NCBI GenBank assembly: GCA_973895155.1
Contig: OZ316894.1
Span: forward strand, 19,568,805 to 19,632,804
From: Marsupella aquatica
Lineage: Eukaryota; Plantae; Marchantiophyta
Direction of reading: 5' to 3'
DNA length: 64,000 nt
Shown here: positions 51,563 through 61,474 of the stretch, piece by piece
Numbering within the stretch: the stretch's first letter is position 1
Layout of the letters: every line of letters begins with the position of its first letter
Notes under the pieces: model-generated
Databases searched by the model: none
What the model was told of the DNA's origin: nothing
The model's input: only the letters and a program-made list of their open reading frames with translations
Made by a program: the position numbers and the translations under genes

Positions 51563-52699
51563 ATGAGAAAATCATAAAAATTGTTGTTTTTCACAACTTC
51601 TCAAAAAACTCGAAACTCAACACCGCCGCGTAGCCCACAAAGCTAGGAGTCCAATACTGAAAACCAAAATCAAAATCGAAATTTGACGGAAAAGTTATTC
51701 AAATTTCGGTCGAGGTGGGTAAAACCTTGGGAAACTCCCCCGTTTTGACCACCTCAGGGAATAACCGAAATACCAAGTACAACCCGTTGTCGGAATTACG
51801 ATGTGATTGGTGCGCCGCGTTGCCAACTTCAATGGCTACGACCTCGCCAAAAAATAACCAAAAAAGTTACCGTTCGACGGATGAAATCTTTGTCGGACGG
51901 TCAAAAAATAGCTCTCTGGTTTTTTGGAATATTCTATGACCCTTGTACAGGCCCTGTGGGAATTTTGGAAGAACAATCGAGGGGCTGACACGTGTCCTCG
52001 AACCCCCAAAACCCCCTACCACCCTTCGTCGTCGAAATCTGGTCGCGCGCGCAGAAAATACACACGGCAGAATGTACCCCTCGACACCAAACGCAAGATA
52101 TCTCACTCGGGTTTTGACGAAATCAAGATCTGATTTTAGATTTGGAAACTAGACTTCGAGGCGGTGAAGATCGATATAAGAAGCACCCAAAACGAGGAAA
52201 GAACGAGGGAGAAAAAAATTGGTAAAGATGACAGATTTCTCTCAATTGCCATAGCCAATTTCGAATCAGTTTTTCAAAGAGAAAAAATGGTACCTTGTCA
52301 ACAACGAATGTTGATCAATTGCACTTGGTGCCGTCACCAATCCAACAAGGTAATTGATTTTGCTTAGCCTTCCTCTTTGCATCAAAGAGCCAATCCCGGA
52401 CTCAAAACAATCGTCTTGCCTCAATCTCTCCGTTGAGTCAAAACACTTGACGCTTCTCCCTCCGAGTCGATTGCCAACTTTCTTCACAAAATCCAGAACG
52501 ACGAAAACTTAGATCTCTCTGCACCACGAGCTCCGTTCAGCAATTTCTTCACACCGTTAGAAAGCTCTTGCCCCGATCTATCCGTTGAGCCCATAAACTC
52601 CAAGTTCCATGCGACGGAACTCCGGGAAATCCACCGACACTCAACGCTGGAAAAACCATAATGAAATCCCGTCACGAACACACGTCACCTCCCAAGCAT

Positions 52700-52711
52700 G
52701 CTCTGATACCA
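52700..52711 (-). promoter_or_regulatory. Primer-binding site (tRNA-iMet)
   Basis: Minus strand TGGTATCAGAGC, 2 nt from the 5' LTR. Confidence 0.93.
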
Positions 52712-52713
52712 AT

Positions 52714-53170
52714 TGTTGAGCATAGACGACGATCGCAACGGCAAGCCCATGAACCATCCAACGCACAATAGTCGACACAAGAGATACGTGGTTCACCTCC
52801 TTGAGGCTACGTCCACGGGAACACACAAGAGAGCTTTACTGAACTCTAAGCCCGTCGGCTATACCGAGTCTCCACAGTGTAAGCTCTCCCTATCTCTCAA
52901 GTGGCTCCATAACAATGAGCCTTGGTTCTACCTCTCCAAGCACACATGCCTCTTATGATATAGTGTGCAACGTAGTTGTACCTAACCACATAGTTGTACC
53001 TAATCACGTAATTGTACCTAACCACATAGTTGTACCTAATCACGTAGTTGTACCTAACCACATAGTTGTACCTAATCACGTAGTTGTACCTAACCACATA
53101 GTTGTACCAACCCACATTGTTGTACCAACCACGTCATACCTAACCTAGACGTAAGAGTAAATACCCAACA
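52714..53170 (-). repeat. 5' LTR
   Basis: TG..CA termini, adjacent to the PBS, identical to the 3' LTR. Confidence 0.97.
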
Positions 53171-53211
53171 CTTTCAAATGTGTCTAAACTCAAATGGTAT
53201 GTTCACTATAT

Positions 53212-53512
53212 CGCGGGGGTTTCACTTTCATAAAAATGGCATATCACGTGCCACGAAGGATAGGGTCATTTTATTGGTTCTAAGGAAAGACTTAAGAATT
53301 TTTGCAGAAGAACATTAGGGTCTTTTAAATTCAATTTTGTGACTTATAAGAACATAGGGTCTTTCTAATCCAAATTTTAGAATATTCCAAGAATATTCTA
53401 ACTTTATAGGGGTTAAAAAATAAAAATAAAATCTTACATTTTTAGGGGGTCCATGCAAGGCCTAAAAACGTCGTAGGTGATGAGGAGGTCCCCATATAGT
53501 GAGACCCCCGAG
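53212..53512 (+). mobile_element. MITE (family A), copy 3
   Basis: TIR CGCGGGGGTTTCACT / AGTGAGACCCCCGAG; perfect 8-bp TSD CACTATAT (53204-53211, 53513-53520). Confidence 0.93.
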
Positions 53513-54324
53513 CACTATATAAATGATCAGACTTTTGGGTCAAATCTATAGTGTCAAATCATTGGGAAGTTGCATTGCTACACATTTTGGTCCATCAGAG
53601 AATCAATTTCAGATATTAATTGGAGGAATTAGCCATTGGAATTCTTAAAACAAACATGGCACCTGGTCCATTGGAACATCGACTTCTAGTAATCTAACTT
53701 GACGCATAGATGAACCACACAACCAGTCAACCTGGACACTATGTGACCAAGTAAATGACCTGGATAAATTTTAAGGCCAAAAGCTGAGCAATTTTTAAGC
53801 CCAAATAGTGTAGTTAGAGTAAAAACTAACATTTCAAAATCTTTAGCCAGGTTGTGGTTGTCCATCCAAGATCACCATTTATCAAACATGATGGTCCATA
53901 GTAGCCAGAATTTCCAGCACTATTTAGTCATGATAGAATCAGAAATGTGATCTGGTGGCTTGCCAGAATACTCAAACAGGGGCCTTACTTGTTTTTGTAA
54001 AAACATCGTGGTGACTAAAGGGTTATCTTTTCATGAGTGATAAGTGGAGCTCTATGCTCCAGTCAGATGTGATAAGTGGAGCTCTCAGGGTAGTCCACTC
54101 TTCACCTCGGCAAATGAACATTGGCCGGTTAGAGGAAGAGCCGCTTTCATAGTGGAAGCTCTGTTATTGCAACAACCTTTAGTTACTTCTGAGTAACTTC
54201 TCCACTGTCTGAAAGCATAGTTACTTAGAACACTCACATTTCCTCTTGTACAATGTTAAGTTTGGCCTGGCTTGGGGTGAGACATCTTCATCAATGGCGT
54301 ATTTCACTTACCCTAACGCCTAAA

Positions 54325-54526
54325 CCCACAAATCCTACTGTGGATGGTCTGCACCAAGCCATTAGCGGTCCCGTTTGTGATGAGGCCCTCAAGTTTTGTG
54401 GTACAAAACTATATAATACTCGCCACTCCACCCACAAATCCTACTGTGGATGGTCTGCACCAAGCCATTCGTGGTCCCGTTTGTGATGAGGCCCTCAAGT
54501 TTTGTGGTACAAAACTATATAATACT
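54325..54526. repeat. 106-bp tandem duplication
   Basis: CCCACAAATCCTACTGTGGATGG..CAAAACTATATAATACT at 54325 and 54431. Confidence 0.9.
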
Positions 54527-54936
54527 TGCATAGTAGAGTGGTCACAAAATTCATAGTGATCACCTTCCACTCCCCTGATGACCAGCTCAGGATAAGGTAG
54601 GCACAAAATCATGAACGTTCCTTCGACACGTCCTCAGTCTCGTTAAAACAATACTTCTTTCATATGGGAGTCTTTCAAAGCATTGTACGTTTTATGTATA
54701 TGTCTGTAATGGGAGTATGATCTAATCTTCGCTTTGTGCGCATTATTCCTTGAGTCTATTAGAATATCTTGTCAAACTTTGCCTTTTGCTCTCAAGACTC
54801 GACGTGTTTGGTCCTTGAGTGGTTGCTGGTCCTTGATACGTTTCAGGTCTGGCCGGTTACTCCCTGCTTTATTGAGTTTTATTTTTCTTATAAGTAAAGT
54901 GTTCCCTTCAAGAAAAAAAGTTATATATATATATAT

Positions 54937-57900
54937 AAATATTGTCAACCAATTGTGTCTATCCAGGCTTTATTGTTCTTTTCTTTCTGGGTTTTGGGGT
55001 TTGAATTTTCTATGTTCTTTCTTCTTTTGGTGTTTGTTCCCTCTGAACTCTTTTGCTTTTACTCCAGTGCAGTTTGTTAGGCCCTTTTTAACATACCAGG
55101 CCCTTTTTGGTAGTTGGTCTTTGGTCTTTGAGCTCCTGGCTATGGAGTTCAAACTGTAGCACAGTTTTCGCGCCATTTTGACTACCCTCCTGCACTCAGT
55201 TTTTCTCGGAATCCAGTTTTCTCAATTGCATTAGCTTGCTCTTGCCGAGGCGCATCAAATCGATATAAAACACGTCCAAAACGGTGCCGTATCAACATAC
55301 TTATGGTCACATTCGTTTTCGCCGTTTTTCAGTCGTTTTTCTGCGATTTTCGTCTTCCTTTCGACGGTCATATCTCGGTCAATCTTTCACGGATTTCAGA
55401 TTTCTCAAGTGCTTTGTATAGCTCTTCTCCGGGAGTATCAGATTGATCCCAAGAGCGGTCCAATTGGTCTCCTATTGCCCCGATTGGACTTTGATTAGCT
55501 CTCACGTTTTTTCTTCAATTTCCACCGTTCTCACTTTCAATTAGCTTTAGGGTCCTGTAGCAGTTCCTCGTTCACGGAATCCGGCATTCTCATGTGATTT
55601 GGCCAGCTCTTGTCCGGGAGTGCAACATCTATCCCTACCGCGGTCCTTTTGGTGACATATCAACCACTTTCGGCTCCGATTACGATTCTGATTTACACCT
55701 CCATTTTTGGTGACGGTTTCCCTTGATCAGCTTTGGAGCATTCCTGTCTTGCCACGTTTCTCCTCCGATTGGTGGTTGTCTTTCTTCTTCAGTTCTGACA
55801 AGGTGGTTTTTGCCAAGTTTAGTGGACCAGTTTGCATTCCACCATCTTTGGGAGCTGTAGCAGCACGCTCAAATCAGCGGAGAGATATTCACTCGCATCG
55901 ACTCCTCAACGGACACATCGACGAGAGCTCCAGCTTTGTTCCCGGCTGTGCCTGCACGTGCTCAACGGTTTTCTTGGCTAGCGGGGGCGCCGCTTCTCGG
56001 ATTTTGACGCGGTGGGCTCTCTCCATAGCCTTCCCTTTCTTTTCACATGTCTTGGTTGGGCCTTTTGTCGCTTCTTGATGCGCTTTTGCTTTTATCGGGT
56101 TGCGACCTGTCATGTCTACGTTGAGAGTGTTGGCGCGGGGCAAGCGCCCAGCCCCCCCACACAGTTCTCCCCCCTCCTCCCCCCCGCCTCGTGGTCGCCT
56201 TCGTGTTTGCTCTTCTTCATTGGATCTCTCTCATCTTCGTGATGACCCCATGCCCGATGTTCTGCCAGTCCCCCCAGTCTACTGCCCACCCCATCGACGC
56301 CCTGGCTCCTCTCCCCAGCCCATTCCCCCTCCACCCCTCCAGCATCCCCCTCCGGCCTCTTCATCCACGTCGGTTCCCCCCCCACCTCCTGTCCAGTCGG
56401 TCCCTGCTCCCTCCCCAGACGAGCGTCCCCTGCATACTTGTCCTGAGTGTGGCTGGGTTGGCCTCTCCCTTCCTCATCACCGCGGGCGGGGCCGGTGCCA
56501 ACGTCGCCAGCAAGCCCAATCCCAGCCCCAGCCCCCTCTTGACCCAGTTAGCTCTGCCCCTCCTTCCTTGGAGGCTTCCGAGCAGGCATGGAGTTGGGTT
56601 CGCTCTCTAGACCCCCTTCCAGCCTACCATCCAGGGTACATTAGACCTCGCCTTTATAACCACATCCCACTAGCGTTGCGCCCATTAGTTCGGTCATCCT
56701 TGTTGCAACTCATGCAGCTTATCTTGGCGCATCCTATCGAGGTCTCCTATTGGTCTTTACTCATGCTTTTTCCACAGTGGACTCTTACCCTCCCTAGTCA
56801 CGGTGGTCGCGTGGGTCATCGTGAGACTGCCTCTCGTATCCATCGTTTTCTGCGGGAAGATTGGGAACAGCTTCAGGAAGAGTACTTTCTTCGAGCCCGT
56901 TCCTTTACTACCCGTGCTTTGTCTGACCCAGCTCGCCACTCTCATCCTCCAGAGCACAGACGCCTTCGTCGCTCTTGTCGTTTGGCCCAGGCTGGTGAAT
57001 ATCGTCGTGCGGTCCAGGCCCTTTCTCCCACCACACCAGCCCCCCCTGGCGAGGTCACCTTGACGGCCCTTCAGGATCTCCATCCGCAGCCCTATGATCA
57101 ACTCCCTTTGTTCGTGGAGGATTTTGAGCCTGAGGAGGATCTTCAGTTTAGTAGGGACCACTTCACCTATGCTTTCCTCCATGCTCCGCGTTGCGCGGCT
57201 GGTGGCCCCTCTGGCTATGTCTTTGAGCATTTTCATGATTTATTCCCCCCTGAGGATCCTCAGTCTGGTTTTCCAGTTTTCTTCTCCTTTTGCCAGTGTA
57301 TTGCTGCCGGCCGTTTGCCTCCTCCCGTCTCTCGGCTTTTGAGTGCTTCTCGTTTATTGGCCATGGCTAAGTCTTCACCGGGTGTTCGGCCCATAGCTAT
57401 TGGAGAGGTCTTTCTTCGTCTGGTGTCTCGCGCACTTTCATCGCAGTATCGCTCTGCACTATCGGATCATCTCTCTCCACATCAGTTTGCAGTGGGCGTT
57501 CCTGGCGGTTGTGAGACAGTTATTGCGGGTATTCGTACTACCTTGGACCTCCACCCTGATTGGGTTGTCCTCCAGGTTGATGTCTCCAATGCTTTCAATA
57601 CGGTTTCTCGGGCAGCAATTTTTCGTGCTTTGAGGGCAGCGGATCCAGACATCCAGTCCCTTATCCCCTTTGTCCGTTGTTTTTATGGGTGTGAGGCCCC
57701 CCTCTTCTATAGTCATCACACCTCTACAGGAGTGTATACCACTCTTTCTTCTGCAGAAGGTACACGTCAGGGTGACCCTTTGGGTGGGCCTCTTTTTGCC
57801 ATTGCCCATTTTACTGCTTTACGAGAAGCCTCCGCGGCCCACCCCCAGTGTATCTTCCCCTCCCTTTCAGATGACACCCACATCATTGGTCCACCTTTTG

Positions 57901-59760
57901 CTGTTACTTCTGCCCTCGCCACCCTTTCCACCCATTTGTTGGGCCTCGGTTTACGAGTACAGCCGGTGAAGAGTCGTGCATGGAGTCCAGCTGGGTTACC
58001 CTCTGATCTTGCGCTTCCCCCTGGGTTCTTACGTCCTGCCGACGGTCTTCGGGTCCTTGGCTCCCCAGTCGGTACCGCCTCCTTTTGCTCATCTTTCATT
58101 GCTGACGCTCTCCAGGCTGCCTTAGCCCCTACTCCTATGCTCCCTAAGTTAGCAGACTCTCAGGCAGCATTTGGGTTGTTATTGAGATGCATCCACCCTC
58201 GTGCGTCCTATTTGGCTCGGACACATCCCCCTACCGAGGATCTTTCTCTACACCTCCGAGCGTTTGATGTCTCCATTCGTGAGACTTTGGCCTCTCTTTT
58301 AGGGCCAGGTACTTTACTCTCATCTCCGTGGCTTCATCGACAGCTCAGTCTTCCTATTTCTCATGGTGGTTTTGGGCTTACTTCCACTGAGCGCCTTGCA
58401 CCTTTGGCCTTCTTGGGCGCGTGGGCGGCCGCCTTCTCATTGTTGGCAGATCGTTTCCTTACTGAGGATCGACCTTTTTTACTTTCATCTCTCATGGAGG
58501 TCGAGGAGGGTTCCCTCCCATTTCAGGTTCATTTGCGCACGGCTCGGTCATCATTACCCGATCCTGTTCGAGCTGCGTTACCTTCATTCCAGGAGTTTTT
58601 ATCCTTGGACCCCGTCCGTCTTCAGGCAGACCTTGCTGGGCGTATGCACGCTTTCACCCTCTCCAGCATCCTCACCGAGGCACCTGACACGGACCGAGCT
58701 CGGATTCTTTCTTCCGGAGGGAAGGGCACAGGAGGCTGGCTTCAGGCCAATCCAGTCATTCCTCACCTGCGGATGTCTTCAGCGGAGTTTGCGACAGCCA
58801 TGCGTCTTCGTATGGGCTTGCCCCACCCACTTCTTGCTGGTTTACCTCCTACTTGCACTTGTGGGAAGCCTTGTGATGCCACAGGTGTCCATCTTCTTCG
58901 ATGCAATTTGGGCGGCGAAACCATTTTTGTTCACGACGCTGTGAGAGATGCGACTGCTCAGGTTCTCTCTGGCTCTTTGGTCTGCGCGCGGCGGGAGGTG
59001 GTGCTCGAGTTACCTGGTCCTCCATCACAGCGGTTACGGGTGGATCTTACCATGGTCCGTGACGGTCACCGTACTTTGGCAGATGTAGTGGTGGCAAACC
59101 CATTGCGCCAAGACATCATTGGGACAGCGGCAACAACGGCAGGGGCAGCAGCATCACGAGCAGCACAAACGAAGGAGGCCAAATATGCTGCACGAGCTTC
59201 ATCTGATAGCTTCCTGCCCCTTGCTCTTGAGATATTTGGGCGTCTTCATCATCAGTTCGACGGGCTTCTTCGCCAAGCTGCTCGGGATGTTCACGGCCGG
59301 ATGGGTCCCACCGGGCCCCCGCTATCTGTTTTGACCACGCACTTTCGCCAACGCATTTCAGTCACCTTACAGCGTGCTCAAGCTCGGGCCGTCTATCGTC
59401 GATCTCTGACAGTGGGTGCTAGTGTGACTCCGCAGCGGCTAGCCCCCCTAGAGGACATTCCTGTCCCACTTGCCGATCTAGTTTCGACACTTGATGTAGA
59501 CCACTAGCTTGTAGCCACATTTGCTAGGTATGATGAGGACCTCGGTCCATTTGCGGTAGTTTTAGTTACTCTTTCTTGGTTTTTAGGGGTTTCCTTTTGC
59601 TCACTTCTTTTAGTTCTTCTTTCTTGGTCTTTAGGGTTTCCTTTTGCTCACTTCTTTTGCGTTTGGTTTTGTCCACTTGGGACCTCTCTTGTTTATTCTT
59701 TTGTACTCTATTTGGCCTTTTTCTATATAAAGTATGTGTATATTCTCACTTTTTAATAAA
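54937..59760 (+). mobile_element. CRE-clade (RLE-type) non-LTR retrotransposon, apparently full length; boundaries approximate
   Basis: About 1.2 kb of pyrimidine-rich 5' region with ~190-bp degenerate repeats, a single RT+RLE ORF, and a T-rich 3' UTR ending in AATAAA. TA-rich runs flank both sides. Confidence 0.8.
56100..59507 (+). CDS. CRE-clade reverse transcriptase with restriction-like endonuclease (first ATG at 56112)
   Basis: N-terminal CPECG..H finger; AGGPSG; VRPIAIGE; QFAVG..GGCE; DVSNAFN; GTRQGDPLGG; LSDD; GLRVLGSPVG; LPISHGGFG; CTCG..H..C..HDAVRD knuckle; RRE..RVD..ADV..KEAKY..FLPLALEIFG endonuclease motifs. 1135 codons without a stop. Confidence 0.92.
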   Translation: MRPVMSTLRVLARGKRPAPPHSSPPSSPPPRGRLRVCSSSLDLSHLRDDPMPDVLPVPPVYCPPHRRPGSSPQPIPPPPLQHPPPASSSTSVPPPPPVQSVPAPSPDERPLHTCPECGWVGLSLPHHRGRGRCQRRQQAQSQPQPPLDPVSSAPPSLEASEQAWSWVRSLDPLPAYHPGYIRPRLYNHIPLALRPLVRSSLLQLMQLILAHPIEVSYWSLLMLFPQWTLTLPSHGGRVGHRETASRIHRFLREDWEQLQEEYFLRARSFTTRALSDPARHSHPPEHRRLRRSCRLAQAGEYRRAVQALSPTTPAPPGEVTLTALQDLHPQPYDQLPLFVEDFEPEEDLQFSRDHFTYAFLHAPRCAAGGPSGYVFEHFHDLFPPEDPQSGFPVFFSFCQCIAAGRLPPPVSRLLSASRLLAMAKSSPGVRPIAIGEVFLRLVSRALSSQYRSALSDHLSPHQFAVGVPGGCETVIAGIRTTLDLHPDWVVLQVDVSNAFNTVSRAAIFRALRAADPDIQSLIPFVRCFYGCEAPLFYSHHTSTGVYTTLSSAEGTRQGDPLGGPLFAIAHFTALREASAAHPQCIFPSLSDDTHIIGPPFAVTSALATLSTHLLGLGLRVQPVKSRAWSPAGLPSDLALPPGFLRPADGLRVLGSPVGTASFCSSFIADALQAALAPTPMLPKLADSQAAFGLLLRCIHPRASYLARTHPPTEDLSLHLRAFDVSIRETLASLLGPGTLLSSPWLHRQLSLPISHGGFGLTSTERLAPLAFLGAWAAAFSLLADRFLTEDRPFLLSSLMEVEEGSLPFQVHLRTARSSLPDPVRAALPSFQEFLSLDPVRLQADLAGRMHAFTLSSILTEAPDTDRARILSSGGKGTGGWLQANPVIPHLRMSSAEFATAMRLRMGLPHPLLAGLPPTCTCGKPCDATGVHLLRCNLGGETIFVHDAVRDATAQVLSGSLVCARREVVLELPGPPSQRLRVDLTMVRDGHRTLADVVVANPLRQDIIGTAATTAGAAASRAAQTKEAKYAARASSDSFLPLALEIFGRLHHQFDGLLRQAARDVHGRMGPTGPPLSVLTTHFRQRISVTLQRAQARAVYRRSLTVGASVTPQRLAPLEDIPVPLADLVSTLDVDH

Positions 59761-61474
59761 TTATATACATTAAAAACAGCCAAACACGGACACAATAATA
59801 TCCCAACAAAGAAGACCCAATCAAGAAGACCCCATGAAGAAGAGAAACCCCAAAGATGACAAATCGGTCCTTTTTGATTAATTTCACAAGACCAACAAAG
59901 GGGAGAAACCAAGGGAAAAAAGCCCCAAGAAGATCAAGTGATCCATTTTCATTCCCTCTTTTTGACCAGACAAAGAAAAACGAACCTCGTCATTCCTCCC
60001 TCCACTCTACTATACGGTACAGTACACAGTACAGTAAATTAAAGTACTGTACACAGTTTTGAGTTAGTCGTGCGCACATCAGCATGACTGTGGTCACTGT
60101 AAACGTCAGCACGGCAGCAGCCACGGAGCAGGAGCAGGACCTGGCATGCTCGCCATGGCACCCCCCCCTACCCCTCACCCCCCGCCCCCTTTCCCCCCTC
60201 CCCCAAAAACGACGCTCTACTCTACTCTACTCATTCGAAGAGGCGGCCAACATTCGATTCCCCGAGTCCTCCCTCGAGAATCCTTCGAGAATCCCTCGAG
60301 AATCCTTCGAGCTGGACGACGCGGAGCTTCAATGGCGAGCAATTTCTCGGCAATGGGTGCTCTTGTGTTTCTCGTTCTCCTTGTTCTGCTCGACTTCTCC
60401 CCTCTCCCTCCCGTGCAGCAGCTTTTGCACTTGCCCGCATGAAGGGAATGGGACTGTCCTGTGCTCCTGGTTGCGAATTTGTGTGAGAGCAAGGTGTTGT
60501 GCGTGAGTGATGAGTGAGTGAGTGAGTGTGAGTGCGAGAGTGATGGCGATGCAAAAAAGCGAGCGAGCAGAAAACGAGCACAGTGGTTCCGCGAGAGGAG
60601 GGGAGTACAGTCCAGTACAGGACAGCTGTGGCGTGGATCTAGTCGTGCTTGCTTGATGAACGAGAGCAGTCTGGTCTACTGGAGATGAGATTGGCGATGG
60701 GGATGCCGAGTTCTCGGAAGCACTCGACCGAGTAAGCGGACTGATCTATGCGGTGGACTTGAGGTGGTTGCGGTCAAAGGGTAGAGAACGAGGACGAGGA
60801 CGAGTGGGGTGGACAAGGGACGGGGAAGTGGAACGAGTGAGGGAAGAAGATGCCCGTGAGCTACCAGGGAGAGGGATGGGAAGGGGAGGGAGCTCGTGCT
60901 GTGCAGCCTAGATGAGGATGGGGGAAGGAGAAAGCTCGTGGGCGACTTAACAAGCAAGCGAGTGATTACTCGAGCAAACAATCAACAAGCAATCCGCGAT
61001 GCTGGATGATTGACTGAATCAAAGGAGCGAACAAAGAAGTCGAGGGGTGCCATTGCTTTAAGACGGGAAATCCTACCTTTCAGGCGCCATTGGCCTAAGT
61101 GGTCAGGTGCAGCGGCAAGGATCTAAAGGAGGATGGCCTGCTCTGTTGTTGTTCACTGACCGAACGAGGGCCGTGGCTGGTAGGCGGGCAGGAAGCCAGA
61201 TCGAGTCGGATCTGCGTATGAATGAATGCCAATTGACGGAGGTTTGCTTCGGATCAGGACCCCGAGAGGTTGGGATCGTCGTGTGATTGTTGGGAAAGGT
61301 TGACGAGAGAATCGAAACAGGTAATGAGGATCATAGGTTAGCGGAATAGGTATTGCACTAGAGAAGACAGTCAACTAGCGGCTGTATGGTTAACAGCAAA
61401 GGCCAGAGGAAGAGGTTCTACGGGAGAGAAGAGTCAGGAAGAGGCTGTAGCAGGGATCGGAACGGGAGTTAGGC

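Larger units (their letters stand above)
46297..53170 (-). mobile_element. Full-length Ty1/copia LTR retrotransposon (Tnt1-like)
   Basis: 457-bp TG..CA LTRs at 46297-46753 and 52714-53170; 5-bp TSD CTTTC (46292-46296, 53171-53175); tRNA-iMet PBS; PPT; domain order gag-PR-IN-RT-RH. Confidence 0.97.

Noticed and set aside
60084-60981. Short ORFs upstream of the CDPK
   Set aside because: Promoter/5'-UTR-like low-complexity sequence (GAGT repeats); no homology evident.
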